A DNA stretch of 62,745 bases, counting the filler, from Rhabdomonas costata (lineage: Eukaryota), in NCBI GenBank assembly GCA_019059605.1. It is 42 parts of 42 records of this genome, joined end to end, with 100 filler letters (N's around TTAATTAATTAA, not from the genome) between each part and the next. Parts side by side here need not be neighbours in the genome. Positions count along the whole stretch, not along the records: positions 61,351 to 62,745 come from JAHMHO010017159.1; 41 more parts are not named here. One strand, written 5' to 3'. Below are positions 62,268 through 62,745 of the stretch, piece after piece (within the stretch, counting starts at the first letter, position 1; each line of letters begins with the position of its first letter). The notes beneath the pieces were generated by a model. It ran no database searches. It was not told where the DNA came from and saw nothing but the letters and a program-made list of their open reading frames with translations. Both the position numbers and the translations under genes were made by a program.

Positions 62268-62479
62268 TCCAGCTGCTCCATCAACTTGGCAAACCGGGCG
62301 TCCTCCAGGGTGTGGGCCTCGGCGTAGGCCATTCCCAGCAAGGGGTGCATGCTCCTCTGCAGCCGTGCCGCCTCCTCGGCCAGCACTCGCGCCCGGCGGC
62401 TGACCGTGAGCTGAGGCTTCGGGGTCTTCGGCGAGCCCCCCCAAGCGAAGGACTTGCCAAAGCCTCGGGAGGATCCATA
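62268..62479 (-). CDS. Exon of an unknown protein
   Basis: YGSSRGFGKSFAWGG...LEDARFAKLMEQL, between a CAG acceptor and a GTATGC donor. Confidence 0.5.
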
Positions 62480-62745
62480 CTGAGAAACCAAAAGCGGGGG
62501 CACCAAACGCAGGGCAAAGCTGAAGCAGGTATGGGTCTTTTGCAGGCCTCGCGAAACGATCTGTGGCTGGTCCTGGCACCAAGGGTTTCCCAACCTGTCC
62601 CTATCGGACAGTGTTCGTGCCCTTGCGGGTCTGCCGTATCCCTTTTGCACCGCTTCTTGCCCAACAAAGAAGCCAGAAGCGGAAACAAGGATACGAACAA
62701 AACCATTGGAAAAACGAAGCCATTACCTGATACAACCACAACACA

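Noticed and set aside
1-62745. tRNA, rRNA or snRNA genes
   Set aside because: Isolated GTTCGA words (for example near 25802 and 26070) lack cloverleaf context, and no conserved rRNA blocks were recognised. A covariance-model search was not possible.

Overview
This window is not a contiguous locus. It is 42 unrelated fragments of about 1.39-1.40 kb, joined by 41 artificial 100-nt linkers (N44-TTAATTAATTAA-N44, a six-frame stop). Most fragments begin with a G/T-only tract and end with a C/A-only tract, and several keep a mismatched copy of a GTGTTGGGTGTGTTTGG-like primer. About nine have fold-back (inverted) ends. These features point to whole-genome-amplified, probably single-cell, DNA, so adjacency across linkers has no biological meaning. 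The DNA is mostly from an intron-rich flagellated microbial eukaryote, with GC-rich exons, GT-AG introns and (CA)n/(GA)n tracts. A euglenozoan/euglenid-like host is plausible but unproven. Manual splicing of exons recovers partial genes for an AAAP amino-acid transporter, a Ser/Thr kinase, a STAND-type ATPase, an EXD1/Egalitarian-like exonuclease, an ankyrin protein, a beta-helix protein, a class III cyclase, a dCache sensor, COG5, TM9SF/EMP70, IFT70/TTC30, an AMP-deaminase-like protein and a NUDT20/DUF4743-like Nudix protein. There are also Ty3/Gypsy and probable Merlin transposon remnants. The best leads are an intronless bacterial-type thrS with an A9 frameshift (endosymbiont, HGT or chimera) and an intron-containing gene resembling viral/bacterial amino-DNA methyltransferases. 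Weaker leads are a GC donor in the cyclase and a repeat family shared by two fragments. All family calls come from motif recognition by eye; no searches were run. No complete novel multi-gene system, rRNA, tRNA or CRISPR array can be supported.
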